Source of the DNA: a virus
Strand: one strand, 5' to 3'
Length of the DNA: 64,000 nt
IMG/VR virus record: IMGVR_UViG_3300025012_000045
Span: 36,075-100,074 of that record
The notes beneath the pieces were generated by a model. The model did no database searches. It was not told the origin of the DNA and was given only the letters and a program-made list of their open reading frames with translations. A program made the translations under genes and the position numbers. Positions 1 to 10,080 of this stretch are shown in pieces (within the stretch, counting starts at the first letter, position 1; the number at the start of each line of letters is the position of its first letter).

Positions 1-71
1 ACATTGGTTACACTTGAACCGTGAGGATTAAGTTTTGTTGAATCTTGTTGTATTTGTGAACCGTGTGGCAT
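1..71 (-). CDS. 5' part of a gene running off the window (MPHGSQIQQDSTKLNPHGSS...)
   Basis: ATG at 69-71 (minus), open to the edge, TATTTATA motif about 15 nt upstream. Confidence 0.5.
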   Translation of the reverse strand, partial: MPHGSQIQQDSTKLNPHGSSVTN

Positions 72-93
72 TAAAAGTATTTTTATATAAATA

Positions 94-127
94 TTTGTTT
101 TTTTAATTTATTTTACTTATCTTTGTA
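94..127 (+). promoter_or_regulatory. Bacteroidota-type (early) promoter, TTTG...TAtcTTTG
   Basis: TTTG 94-97 and TATCTTTG 118-125 match the Bacteroidota -33/-7 consensus. Confidence 0.6.
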
Positions 128-193
128 TTATTAAAATGTAAAACATGGAATCAAAAAGAAAATGGTATAAAAATAAAAAAAATCACTTGGGGC

Positions 194-226
194 TTGACTT
201 TGTCATTTATTATGTTTATCTTTGTA
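194..226 (+). promoter_or_regulatory. Bacteroidota-type (early) promoter
   Basis: TTGAC at 194, TATCTTTG 217-224. Confidence 0.6.
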
Positions 227-270
227 TTTTAAAATTAAATAATTTATTAACTAAAACAAAAAATAATAAA

Positions 271-543
271 ATGACAGCAACAATCAAAAGAGTGCCAAAA
301 GAAACAAAATTGGCAAGAATTATTGGAAAAAATCTTCCAGATGATGTTCTCACATATTTGAGAAAGAACCCTAAACAAGTTTACACAAACTTTAGAAGGG
401 GGACTTCCATATTTGGAAGAAGAACACCTGATGTTTCTCCAGTAACAGTAAAGAGGGTTTTAAAGGATAGAAAAACTATCCGTAAAGAGTGGGAATCTCT
501 TTATACCCCAACACAACTTAGAACGTTTTCACTTTATAATTAA
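271..543 (+). CDS. hypothetical early protein, paralog of 27229..27660
   Basis: start moved to ATG 271 downstream of promoter; YLRKNPKQVY..FGR..W..LY...QL shared with 27229 ORF. Confidence 0.65.
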   Translation: MTATIKRVPKETKLARIIGKNLPDDVLTYLRKNPKQVYTNFRRGTSIFGRRTPDVSPVTVKRVLKDRKTIRKEWESLYTPTQLRTFSLYN

Positions 544-574
544 TTTTTTAAGTTTCATGGTTTTTAAGTTGGTT

Positions 575-615
575 AGACCCCCACTCTTTAATTAGTTTGG
601 GGGTTTAATTTTTTA
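575..615 (+). terminator. intrinsic terminator
   Basis: AGACCCCCA/TGGGGGTTT stem followed by T-rich run. Confidence 0.6.
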
Positions 616-626
616 TTAATAGAATA

Positions 627-660
627 TTTGGAAATGTGATTTATTTTACTTATCTTTGTA
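627..660 (+). promoter_or_regulatory. Bacteroidota-type (early) promoter
   Basis: TTTGGAAATGT...TTTTACTTATCTTTGTA, same core as 6357, 8130, 8684, 27895, 63876. Confidence 0.7.
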
Positions 661-868
661 ATTAATTAACTAAAAACACAAAAAATATGAAAACAATACA
701 AATTTCAACAGTGGAAAATATTCTTCTTAATATGCAAGGAGGATTATTACCAAAAGATTTAACAAAAAAAGAAATTAATCTTTTAAAAAAAGAGTATGGT
801 GAAAATTGGTTTGAAGAATTGGGATATAATGAACCAGAATATAAAAAACCAAAATATTAGATAACACT

Positions 869-1171
869 ATGAAATGGATATTATTTATCTTATCAATAAT
901 TATTTTTGGAAGTTTATTATCACTTTACCAATCATTTATTATATTGGAGATTTCAAGGTATTTTTCCATTGGTTTTATCTCACAATTCACAATTTTTCAA
1001 ATTTTTGCTATTTTATGTTTAATTAATATAATAAATTACAAACATAAAGATAAAGAAACAAAACCATTTACTGGGCAAGTTCAAATGGCCATTAAAGACC
1101 TTACTGAAAAATTTATAAATCTTTCAGTAGGTTGGCTAATTATATATGTGATATCATTAATAATATTATAA
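869..1171 (+). CDS. membrane protein
   Basis: ORF with about 3 hydrophobic segments. Confidence 0.7.
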   Translation: MKWILFILSIIIFGSLLSLYQSFIILEISRYFSIGFISQFTIFQIFAILCLINIINYKHKDKETKPFTGQVQMAIKDLTEKFINLSVGWLIIYVISLIIL

Positions 1172-1174
1172 AAA

Positions 1175-1486
1175 ATGAAAGAGTTTTACTATACATATTC
1201 GAGAAAACATAAATTATCTGTGGTAGGATATGTCAATAAAAAAGAAAATAACTTCCAAATTGGAATTTCCAAATGTTCAGATAAAGATGAATATAATAAA
1301 AAATTTGGTAGAGAGATAGCAAAAGGAAGATCAATAAAAAATCCTTTTTCAATATTTAGTTTGGATAATAAAGAACAACCTGAACTTCTTCAAATACTTT
1401 TTGATACAAGGGATACAATAATTGGAAAATCTGATAAATATATTGAAACATGGAAAAAATATAAACTTTTAAGTAAAATAATATGA
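1175..1486 (+). CDS. hypothetical phage protein
   Basis: G.SKCS..D.YNKK.GREIA..R motif typical of small phage proteins. Confidence 0.7.
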   Translation: MKEFYYTYSRKHKLSVVGYVNKKENNFQIGISKCSDKDEYNKKFGREIAKGRSIKNPFSIFSLDNKEQPELLQILFDTRDTIIGKSDKYIETWKKYKLLSKII

Positions 1487-1767
1487 AATTATTAGATAAA
1501 ATAAAAAAATTAAAAGAGGGGGGTTTAATTACAGAAAAGGAATATAATGAGATTAAACAAACCCTTAAAAATCAAGGTCTTCAGGATTTAACAAAAAATG
1601 ATTCTTATAATGTTGATAATCATGAACTACCAGAACAAGGGAAATTAACAAATCACGAACAAAAAATAATTAATAAATATAAAGATAAAGGAATTGATTT
1701 TACAAATCTTGTATTAATCTTAAATCAATTTGAAAAAGAATACAAGGAAAAATATAATAAGAAATGA
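1483..1767 (+). CDS. SHOCT-like domain protein
   Basis: LKEGGLITEKEYNEIK. Confidence 0.6.
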   Translation: MKLLDKIKKLKEGGLITEKEYNEIKQTLKNQGLQDLTKNDSYNVDNHELPEQGKLTNHEQKIINKYKDKGIDFTNLVLILNQFEKEYKEKYNKK

Positions 1768-1861
1768 AAATAATTCTTTGGATAATTGTTTTTATTTTGA
1801 TTATAGTTCTGTTATTTGGACGTGATGATGATTTCATGGGTTATTCTTAACCTACTAACCT

Positions 1862-4234
1862 TTATTTATTATAATAAACTCTTTCAAATTGAACTTCTGC
1901 AACGGTAGATGCTGTTTTTTTACCAACTACAGTTGAATCCATCTCCGCAGTAAAATCTATATTTAATGCAACATTTTTATCCTTAAATTCAACCTGAAGA
2001 GGTCTTGAACCAAATAATTCACCCAAACCACCAAAAGCACTTGCTGCAATTGCCATATTTCTTAATGATTCTGCAGTTTGTCTTATTTCTTTTAATTTAC
2101 TTGAATCTATTGCATTTACTGATGTTTTAATTGTATCAAAACCCTTACCAATATTTGGAATGTTTGCCTCAGATAATGTTTTCATTGCACCCCCAACAAC
2201 CCATAACGAAGCACCCATCGCTGCCAGACCAGCAACTCCAGCACCAAATATAAGAGCACCAATTCCACCAGTCGCAGTGAATGTTAAACCCAAACCATAA
2301 ATTGCAGATGTTAATCCTAAAATTGCAGTACCAGCAATTCCCAATGTTTCCCAACTTATACCTTCAAATTGTTGTAATGCTAAACCAACTAATGATAATC
2401 CGCCGGCAGCAATAGAAAGTATTGCTGCCCCTTTAACTATTCCACCAAAACCAATTCCACCAAATAAATTTCCAATAATGCCACCTTTAGGCATACCTTT
2501 TGACATTGCTGAAAATTTACCCATATTCTTACCCATTATACTCATTTGTAAATTCATTTTTCCCAAAGAGATTAAAGAACTTAATATTGTTCCTCCAAAC
2601 ATTGTAAATGCACCCATTGCAACAGTACCAAACATAATAAATCCTTTACCTAAACCACTAACACCTTCTGTTACTTTTTGAATCCAATTTGTTACTTTAT
2701 TTAATCCACTTAATAATGGTAAAAATGCACTTTTTATTGTGTTTGTTAAATTAATCCAAACCGCTTGAAAATCTTGGGTATCTTTTGCCCTTTGTTCTAT
2801 TGATACTCCAGCAGATTTAAATGAATCAAGTTCTGTTTTTGATATTTTACGAATATCTATTGCTCTTTTTGGATTGAACGGATCAACAATTTCAAATATT
2901 TTTAAATCTTTATTCCACTCAGCCTGACCTTCAATTAAATTTTTATATTCTTTATTTGTTCTAGCAAATCCAGGAATACTTTTTTGCATAATATTAATTT
3001 GTGCTGTTCTTCTGGCTTGCTCTGCAAGTTTTTCAATAGGAATTGATGTTGCTTCTGAAATTATTTTTAATCTATCAAATCCAGTGCTAAGAATCTCAAA
3101 TTCTCCTTCTTTATTTAAAATAGAAATATCTTTTGTCATTTCTTTTATCATTTCGGCAAACTGTTTAGGAGAATTCCTTGCAGCAAAAAGAAGCTTAAAT
3201 GGATCAGCAACAGCACTTGCGGCACCACCTGCAAGACGAAGTTGGGCTGAAAGTTCTACGACTGATCCAAGATATCTTCCTTTTTCCATTGAGCTTAAAG
3301 TATCAGAAACATCCATTTTAAATTTGGTTGAAAATACAACAAGTTCAGATAATTCTTTTATTCCTCTTTTAAAATGAAATTTTGATAATGCTGAAAAATT
3401 ATTTGATATTGATTTTAAAATTTTATCAGCATTTAATGCCATTCTTTCTGAAGTATTTAATACATTTTCTATTTCTTTATTTGCTCCCATTGCATTAACG
3501 CCAATTTCAGAAAATTTTGCAGCCAATCTTCCAGCCTCAACATTCCCAAGAGACGTTCCAGCTGCGAGTTCTGCAATAAATTTTTGAGACTGCTGTGTCA
3601 TTAATCTGGCACGGCCACTTTCATCCGCATAAGAGGTTATCATTTCAGTAATATCTTTAAGTCCCTTTCCTAAATTTCGAACTTCAAAGGTGGTATTAGC
3701 AACAGATTCCTGTAATATTTTTGATTTTTGACCTGATATTGCAAGTTGAAGATTTGTTTGTTTTACTGCTTTTTGTTGTTCAATTAAATGACTTAATATA
3801 TATTTTACTGAAAGTTCTTTTTCTATATCAAGACCAGATAATTCTTTAGTTACTAACCACATAGAATTTAATCCAGCCCCAATTAACTTTCCTAATGTTA
3901 CTTGTTTACTTAAAGAAGATAATCTTGTATTATCATACCGTATAAGATATGATACAGTATCAAGTTCTTTCTCTAAATTTTCTAATTTTTTAGTTTGAGT
4001 TTTTAATTCTTTACCTTTTAATCCTTTTAATTTTTCTTGTTGTTTATTTGCTTGTTCGTTTAATGACACCCATAACTTTTGTTGTATATTAATTTGTTCA
4101 TTTAATTTAGATATATTTTTTTGAGTGTTAAAATATTGATTTAAATTCATAGCAATATCTTTTGAATATTCATTTTCTTGTTTTAATAAATCAAGTTTTA
4201 TTTTTAACTCCCTTATATTTTTTTCATCTGCCAT
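1862..4234 (-). CDS. tape-measure-like virion protein
   Basis: 790 aa, coiled-coil N-terminus, Ala/Gly-rich hydrophobic C-terminal third, TATTTATA upstream. Confidence 0.65.
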   Translation of the reverse strand: MADEKNIRELKIKLDLLKQENEYSKDIAMNLNQYFNTQKNISKLNEQINIQQKLWVSLNEQANKQQEKLKGLKGKELKTQTKKLENLEKELDTVSYLIRYDNTRLSSLSKQVTLGKLIGAGLNSMWLVTKELSGLDIEKELSVKYILSHLIEQQKAVKQTNLQLAISGQKSKILQESVANTTFEVRNLGKGLKDITEMITSYADESGRARLMTQQSQKFIAELAAGTSLGNVEAGRLAAKFSEIGVNAMGANKEIENVLNTSERMALNADKILKSISNNFSALSKFHFKRGIKELSELVVFSTKFKMDVSDTLSSMEKGRYLGSVVELSAQLRLAGGAASAVADPFKLLFAARNSPKQFAEMIKEMTKDISILNKEGEFEILSTGFDRLKIISEATSIPIEKLAEQARRTAQINIMQKSIPGFARTNKEYKNLIEGQAEWNKDLKIFEIVDPFNPKRAIDIRKISKTELDSFKSAGVSIEQRAKDTQDFQAVWINLTNTIKSAFLPLLSGLNKVTNWIQKVTEGVSGLGKGFIMFGTVAMGAFTMFGGTILSSLISLGKMNLQMSIMGKNMGKFSAMSKGMPKGGIIGNLFGGIGFGGIVKGAAILSIAAGGLSLVGLALQQFEGISWETLGIAGTAILGLTSAIYGLGLTFTATGGIGALIFGAGVAGLAAMGASLWVVGGAMKTLSEANIPNIGKGFDTIKTSVNAIDSSKLKEIRQTAESLRNMAIAASAFGGLGELFGSRPLQVEFKDKNVALNIDFTAEMDSTVVGKKTASTVAEVQFERVYYNK

Positions 4235-4253
4235 AATATAAAACTATTTTTTA

Positions 4254-4318
4254 TATAAATATTTTGTTAAATTTTTTTTATAAAAATTGGTTTTTTTCTA
4301 TTTTACGATATATTTATA
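4254..4318. promoter_or_regulatory. divergent pair of putative late promoters (TATTTATA)
   Basis: TATTTATA on minus 4254-4261 and plus 4311-4318, each shortly before an ATG. Confidence 0.5.
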
Positions 4319-4354
4319 ATATACAGTTAAATAACTATAAAAACATATATTAAG

Positions 4355-4528
4355 ATGAATAAATATAAAACAAAGAAAAGAATTAATTTAACAATTGATA
4401 AAGAAATATGGAAAATATTTAATATATTATCAGAAGAAAAATCAATTAACAAGAGTAAATTTTTTCAAAATTGTTGTAAAATATTTATTGAAAAAAATAA
4501 GAACTATGATATTAACAAAAAAAGTTGA
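4355..4528 (+). CDS. small ribbon-helix-helix-like protein (not in ORF track)
   Basis: MNKYKTKKRINLTIDKEIWKIFNILSEEKSINKSKFF; beta-strand then two helices; overlaps next start. Confidence 0.6.
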   Translation: MNKYKTKKRINLTIDKEIWKIFNILSEEKSINKSKFFQNCCKIFIEKNKNYDINKKS

Positions 4529-5939
4529 AGTAAAAATTAATAATAGTGCAATAAATTATTATAAAAATTTAGGATATAATGTTAAAACGGGGCAAGTAAT
4601 TACCATTCCAATCAAACATTTATCAAAAGGCAGTAATATAAAAATAAAAGTACAATGCCAAGAATGTGATAAAATAAACACAACTGGATATAGTAGTTAT
4701 AACAGACAGATTAAAAAACATGGATATTATACTTGTAAAGGCATATGTAGTACAAAAAAAATTATAAAAACGAGTCTTGAAAAATATGGAACAAAAAATC
4801 CAGCGCAATCTGACAAAGTTAAAAATATAACAAAAAAAAATAATATGAAAAAATACAATGTTGAATATATAATGCAAATAGATGAATTTAAAAATAAAAT
4901 GATTAATACAATGTTTAATAGATATGGGGTTAGTAGTTTTACACAAACAGAAGAATATATTATAAAAACCAATGAAACTAATATGAAAAAATATGGAGTA
5001 CCTTGGTCACTTCAATCTGAAAATAATAAAACAAAATCTAAACAGACTAAAAAAGAACTGTATGGCAATGAAAATTATAATAATCCAGAAAAAAGAGATC
5101 AAACAAATATAGAAAGATATGGAGTAAATACCCCATTACAAAATAAAGATATTAAAAATAAAATAGAAATTTCTAATATAAAAAAATATGGTTCCAAATA
5201 TCCAATAACCACGCCAGAAATCAAACAAAAATCAAAAAATACACTATTTAAAAATTTTGGCGTTAAAAATACTTGGGATTCAAAAGAAATTAGTGATAAA
5301 GGAAGAAAAACTAAAAAAGAACTGTATGGGGATGAAAATTATAATAATCCAGAAAAAATATCAAAAACACTTCTTAATAAAACAGAAGAAGAAAAACAAA
5401 TATCAGTAAAAAAAAGAAAAAAAACTAAAGAAAAATTATATGGAGATCCTAACTATAGTAACAGAAAGCAATCAGAAAAAACTTGTTTAAAAAAATATGG
5501 AGTAAAAAATGTGTCTCAAGATATAATAATATATAAAAAAATATTATCTAAATTATTTACAACAAAAAATTACATTTTACCCTCTGGCAAAATTGTTAAA
5601 ATTCAAGGATATGAAAACATAGCATTAGATTTATTGTTAAAAATTTATAATGAAAATGTTCTGGTAGTTGAAGATAAAAAAATTGAAGATATTATAGGAA
5701 AAATATATTATATAAAAGAAAACAATAAAAAAGGAAGATATTTTCCAGACATTTATATTATTTCAGAAAATAAAATAATTGAAGTTAAAAGTGATTATAT
5801 TTTTAAACTTGATAAAAATAATAATTTATTAAAAAAACAAAAATGTTTGGAAATGGGAATAAATTTTGAATTTATGATTTTTAATGGTAAAAAACAACTA
5901 TTAACTGAACAAGAGGTTAATAGTTTAATTAATACTTAA
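4506..5939 (+). CDS. KYG-repeat protein with C-terminal PD-(D/E)XK nuclease, putative homing endonuclease
   Basis: CxxC pairs, many (K/R)YG repeats, RYFPDIY...IIEVKS; start probably ATG 4506. Confidence 0.7.
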   Translation: MILTKKVEVKINNSAINYYKNLGYNVKTGQVITIPIKHLSKGSNIKIKVQCQECDKINTTGYSSYNRQIKKHGYYTCKGICSTKKIIKTSLEKYGTKNPAQSDKVKNITKKNNMKKYNVEYIMQIDEFKNKMINTMFNRYGVSSFTQTEEYIIKTNETNMKKYGVPWSLQSENNKTKSKQTKKELYGNENYNNPEKRDQTNIERYGVNTPLQNKDIKNKIEISNIKKYGSKYPITTPEIKQKSKNTLFKNFGVKNTWDSKEISDKGRKTKKELYGDENYNNPEKISKTLLNKTEEEKQISVKKRKKTKEKLYGDPNYSNRKQSEKTCLKKYGVKNVSQDIIIYKKILSKLFTTKNYILPSGKIVKIQGYENIALDLLLKIYNENVLVVEDKKIEDIIGKIYYIKENNKKGRYFPDIYIISENKIIEVKSDYIFKLDKNNNLLKKQKCLEMGINFEFMIFNGKKQLLTEQEVNSLINT

Positions 5940-6313
5940 ATAGACAATTTTCTTCCCAACAATCTTTCAAGCCTTTTATCCCCCGCAGCCCTTCCTGTTA
6001 ATTCAGTAATTAAATCATCAACCACATCAGACATATTTTTATTTGATTGTTGGGATATTTTAGGACGATTTGCAATCTCATCAATAGTTGGGGCATCATC
6101 ATAATAATCAGGACCTTTTTCTGATTTTTCTTTTCTTATTGCTGATAGTTCTTTTGCATGATTTTCCATTTGAATATCCTCAGAATTCAAAATTTTTACA
6201 TTTTCATCAGAAGATTTCAATATTTCTTCTTTAAGACCGTCAAATTCCTGTTGGGTAATAACTTTATCCTTTAAAAGTTGTCCCAGCTCCGTTAATTGTT
6301 CAATTTTTTTCAT
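5936..6313 (-). CDS. SHOCT domain protein
   Basis: LTELGQLLKDKVITQQEFDGLKEEIL. Confidence 0.65.
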   Translation of the reverse strand: MKKIEQLTELGQLLKDKVITQQEFDGLKEEILKSSDENVKILNSEDIQMENHAKELSAIRKEKSEKGPDYYDDAPTIDEIANRPKISQQSNKNMSDVVDDLITELTGRAAGDKRLERLLGRKLSI

Positions 6314-6387
6314 TGTTTTTATGTTTTAATTATTAAATAAATATCATTTTATAGTACAAAGGTAAGTAAAATAATTGACATTTCCAA
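6311..6387 (-). repeat. 77-nt promoter/5'UTR cassette, copy 1
   Basis: 70/77 identical to 8084..8160; contains TAccTTTG. Confidence 0.85.
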
Positions 6388-6434
6388 GTAAAAAGTGAAT
6401 TATTTTTAAAATAAATAGATATTTATATAAGAAT

Positions 6435-7469
6435 ATGAATATTTTAACAAGAGACTATTTAAAGAAATTTCATAAATTATCAAATTATGATCTTTCAGGT
6501 GAAATTATAAAAGAAGAAAAGGAATTGCTTGAAGAAGGCTGGCTGGGAAGAATTGCTGGTCTTTTGGGTATTACCGTTGCCTCATTTAGTTCAGCAATAT
6601 CTCAAAAGGTGGATGTGCAACAATTATCAAATAAAGTTGATTCAGAAACATTAAATAAAATTGAAATGGCAATGAAAGATCCATCAGTTGAACAAAAACT
6701 CAATCAACTGGGTGTTCCTGATAATAATATTCAAAGAGTAATTAATAGATTAGAAAAAACAAGAAAAGTTAGTGGAGTTAAAGAAAAACAAGTTTTAAGT
6801 GATCAGGAATTAGTAAACTTATTAAAACGAGAGTGGAATTTAACTGGGGTACAAACTGATACAATAATTGATACTTTAAAAGTAATAGCACCAGATACCA
6901 CATCCTCTCAATACTTATTAAATTTTGGAGATTCTACATTTTTTGAAAGTGGTGGATATAATTTAAATAATCAAGAAATACAAAAAATAAATAATGTTGT
7001 TGATTTTATACAACAAGAAGGGAATGTTCTATTAAATATAACAATAGAAACTTCAACCGATAAACAAGGATTATCTATTAATTTACAAAATAAATTAGAA
7101 GATCTAGGTTATTCAAAAAATAATAATGGTCTTTCTCAAGCAAGAAATAATCAAATAAAACAAATATTAATTAAGCAAGGGATTAATGATAGTTTAATTG
7201 GACAGGTAATATTATCAGAACAAGGAACTCAAACAATTGATCAAAATGCAAGATATGTTAAGGTTAGATTTAATATTATTAATATTAAAAAAGATATAAC
7301 ATTTAAAGAGAAAGAAGAAATAAAAACAACATATAAAAATACTTATAATCTAATATATTTTTATGCCAAATCAAAACAAATAAAAGAAAAACCTAAAATT
7401 AAATTACCTTCTTGCAAAATAAAAATAAAATTGTTTAAAAAGGAAAGTTATTGCCCAGCATATCAATAA
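6435..7469 (+). CDS. leader-bearing protein with OmpA-like C-terminal domain
   Basis: FFESGGYNL...IETSTD...N..LSQARN...ARYV resembles OmpA_C; leader ending LLEE/G; TATTTATA at 6420. Confidence 0.6.
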   Translation: MNILTRDYLKKFHKLSNYDLSGEIIKEEKELLEEGWLGRIAGLLGITVASFSSAISQKVDVQQLSNKVDSETLNKIEMAMKDPSVEQKLNQLGVPDNNIQRVINRLEKTRKVSGVKEKQVLSDQELVNLLKREWNLTGVQTDTIIDTLKVIAPDTTSSQYLLNFGDSTFFESGGYNLNNQEIQKINNVVDFIQQEGNVLLNITIETSTDKQGLSINLQNKLEDLGYSKNNNGLSQARNNQIKQILIKQGINDSLIGQVILSEQGTQTIDQNARYVKVRFNIINIKKDITFKEKEEIKTTYKNTYNLIYFYAKSKQIKEKPKIKLPSCKIKIKLFKKESYCPAYQ

Positions 7470-7474
7470 AATTA

Positions 7475-8086
7475 TTAATTTTTATTAAAAACGTGCTCAG
7501 CATTATTTGTTGTTTTTTCACATATCCCATTAAATGTTGACCAATACATTTTAACTGATGAAGTAATTATTTTATTATTAAAATTTATTATGTATTTTTT
7601 TTCTATAATGCTACATGCGCCATATATTAGATTTTTATCTAATAAAAATTCATTATGTCCCCTTGAAGTTTTCCATCCATCCATAATTTTTTCTATAATA
7701 TAAAACATATCACGGATATTAGTATCATAAGTCCCAAAGTAAAAATTTTCACCCCAGCACATAATATCATTTTTATTTTTTACATATTTATTAAATCTAT
7801 CTTTTAATGTTTTCAATTGTAAAAAATTATCTTTTTGATTTTCTTTATGCCCAGCATATGCAATTATAGAATCTTTATCATCTATTATTGAATCGGTTTG
7901 TAGTGATAAATATGTTGAATGATGGACAGACATATTATATACTTCTTCGTTCCAAATAAGTTCATTTAGTCCATTTGATACTCTGTATTCATTAATTTTT
8001 TCAAATAATAGAGAATCATATTTGGTTTGTGAGAATAAATTAAACCAAATAAAAGTTAAAAATAATATCATTATAAGTTTTTTCAT
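7475..8086 (-). CDS. secreted CAP/SCP domain protein
   Basis: signal peptide; INEYR..NGL, HS, GEN, W..S.GH..LL. Confidence 0.8.
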   Translation of the reverse strand: MKKLIMILFLTFIWFNLFSQTKYDSLLFEKINEYRVSNGLNELIWNEEVYNMSVHHSTYLSLQTDSIIDDKDSIIAYAGHKENQKDNFLQLKTLKDRFNKYVKNKNDIMCWGENFYFGTYDTNIRDMFYIIEKIMDGWKTSRGHNEFLLDKNLIYGACSIIEKKYIINFNNKIITSSVKMYWSTFNGICEKTTNNAEHVFNKN

Positions 8087-8160
8087 TGTTTTTATGTTTT
8101 AATTATCAAATAAATATCATTTCATAATACAAAGGTAAGTATAATTTTTGACATATCCAA
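8084..8160 (-). repeat. 77-nt promoter/5'UTR cassette, copy 2
   Basis: 70/77 identical to 6311..6387. Confidence 0.85.
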
Positions 8161-8161
8161 A

Positions 8162-8644
8162 TTATTTCAAAGAAAAATCAATTATATTAACTAATTCATT
8201 ATCTAGAAATTCTTTGTTTATAGTACCGTCAGATAATTTTTTAGATACCCTATCAAAAAATCCCCTTACTAAAGGTATTAATCCCTCAATGTTAATATTT
8301 TCTTTTGAAACTAATCCTTCTTTTTTAATCATTGCTATCTCTATCCATTTTTCAAAATTTTCTTCTTCTGGTTCTACTGGTCCAGTATATAATAAATCAA
8401 AGTAGATTTCTTTTTTTAATCTTTTGTTATTAGGCTTTGTTCTATATATATTTAATTGAAGTAGTTTTCCTACTATTTCTTTTTTCCAGTGATTTACATT
8501 TTCTTTTTCATGTGGAAAAGTTATAATATAAAATATATGATTCAAAATATCATCAGAAATATTATTTAAAAGAATTTCCAGTCTTTTCCTCTCAACTGCC
8601 AATTCAGTCATAAGAATTGATTCGTATATGGACATTAATTTCAT
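8162..8644 (-). CDS. DUF29-like protein with short leader
   Basis: ILNHI...NHWKKEI pattern; leader MKLMSIYESILMTE. Confidence 0.5.
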   Translation of the reverse strand: MKLMSIYESILMTELAVERKRLEILLNNISDDILNHIFYIITFPHEKENVNHWKKEIVGKLLQLNIYRTKPNNKRLKKEIYFDLLYTGPVEPEEENFEKWIEIAMIKKEGLVSKENINIEGLIPLVRGFFDRVSKKLSDGTINKEFLDNELVNIIDFSLK

Positions 8645-8681
8645 TTTCTTTAAATTTAATATTTTTAATTGTTAATTAGAA

Positions 8682-8714
8682 TACAAAGGTAAGTATAATT
8701 TTTGACATTTCCAA
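8682..8714 (-). promoter_or_regulatory. Bacteroidota-type (early) promoter
   Basis: TTGGAAATGTCAA...ACTTACCTTTGTA on minus. Confidence 0.7.
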
Positions 8715-8731
8715 ATATAAAGTGAATTATT

Positions 8732-9148
8732 TTAATAGTTAATTAATGTTTTCATTCTATTCAATTGTTCATATAAACCAGACCCATAATAAATTTTTTT
8801 ATTTATTTCTTCTAATATTTTTTTAAAATTAGTCCAATATTTTTTATCTTGTGGTTTAGATTTTTTTATTACTACTTCTAATTTTTCAATTAAACATTGA
8901 TTAATATCGTATTTATTACTTTCTTTCCAACACATATTATAAGCTTTTGTTTTTTCAAATTCTTTCATTTGAGCCGTATAAGTATCCTCACGAATTCCAA
9001 ACCTTTTTAAAATTTCTAGTATATCAGAATTATCTAATGTTTTTTTATCAAAATAAGTCCCACTCCCACCAAGTTCTCTTGATAATTTTTCTGCTGTACT
9101 TGCGGCTCTTATTAATGGCTCAAATTCATGTGGTTGTTTTTCTGGCAT
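8732..9148 (-). CDS. hypothetical protein with C-terminal copy of the leader motif
   Basis: ends LYEQLNRMKTLINY; TATTTATA at 9165-9172. Confidence 0.75.
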   Translation of the reverse strand: MPEKQPHEFEPLIRAASTAEKLSRELGGSGTYFDKKTLDNSDILEILKRFGIREDTYTAQMKEFEKTKAYNMCWKESNKYDINQCLIEKLEVVIKKSKPQDKKYWTNFKKILEEINKKIYYGSGLYEQLNRMKTLINY

Positions 9149-9315
9149 CTTAAATATATTTTTATATAAATATCACTTAAATATAAAAAATTAATTATTT
9201 TTGCTATTGACTTTTTCAAATATTATGTTTATCTTTGTATTATATATTAAAAAAATAAAGAACAATAAAATGAAATTTTTATTGCTATTCTATAATCTTT
9301 AGAATTAAATAAATT

Positions 9316-9555
9316 ATGAAAAATATATTAAATAAAATTGGAATGTTTTTGATCAAAAAACTTCATTTATTGTTAGTTATCACACATTTTAAAAAAGGGG
9401 AATTTATAACAGAAGAATCCATACAAATATTAAAAGAATGTGTATTAGACCTCAAAAAATGTAATCAAACATTAGACAGAATAGACAAGGGACTTGAAGA
9501 TTATGAAATGAAATTAATAGAGGACGATTTTAATAATAAAATAAACTACAATTAA
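9316..9555 (+). CDS. hypothetical protein
   Basis: ORF after TAtcTTTG at 9230-9237; VITHFKK shared with 9808. Confidence 0.55.
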   Translation: MKNILNKIGMFLIKKLHLLLVITHFKKGEFITEESIQILKECVLDLKKCNQTLDRIDKGLEDYEMKLIEDDFNNKINYN

Positions 9556-9557
9556 TA

Positions 9558-9725
9558 TTACCAAATATGTTCTCTTTTTAAACTACCCATTTTTTCTATT
9601 GACTTATTATGATAATCTCTTAATTTTTCAACACGTTCCTCAATTTTATTTAGTTTCTCACTTAATACTTTGACTTCTTTTTGAAGTTCCTGAACTATTT
9701 TATTGATATTGTTTTCCATAGACAT
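9558..9725 (-). CDS. small coiled-coil protein (not in ORF track)
   Basis: MSMENNINKIVQELQKEVKVLSEKLNKIEERVEKL... Confidence 0.5.
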   Translation of the reverse strand: MSMENNINKIVQELQKEVKVLSEKLNKIEERVEKLRDYHNKSIEKMGSLKREHIW

Positions 9726-9807
9726 TTTTGTTGGTGTTTACAAATTTACAACATTTTACTCTTTACAAAAATAAAAATTAGATTATATTTATAAAAAAAA
9801 TAAAATT

Positions 9808-10080
9808 ATGAAAAAAATAATTTACTTCTTTATACAAGTTATCACACATTTTAAAAAAACATTTCAGTATTTTGACAGACATTTTAAAAAAAGACGACAG
9901 AAAAGTGAATTTAGAAAAATGACATTAGACCATCTTGACACACTTAAAAGTTTACCAAAACAAAATAGAAAAGAATATTTAAAAAGATTGGATTATATGG
10001 AAAATACATTAGGATTTCTTGGACGAGATTTTGTAGCCAGAAAACGTTTCTTCAACAGACTTCAAAATTTCTTCAATTGA
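9808..10080 (+). CDS. hypothetical protein
   Basis: ORF; VITHFKK shared with 9316. Confidence 0.5.
   Translation: MKKIIYFFIQVITHFKKTFQYFDRHFKKRRQKSEFRKMTLDHLDTLKSLPKQNRKEYLKRLDYMENTLGFLGRDFVARKRFFNRLQNFFN

Noticed and set aside
145-270. N-terminal extension of ORF 145..543
   Set aside because: Contains a promoter and an A-rich UTR; ATG 271 is the better start.
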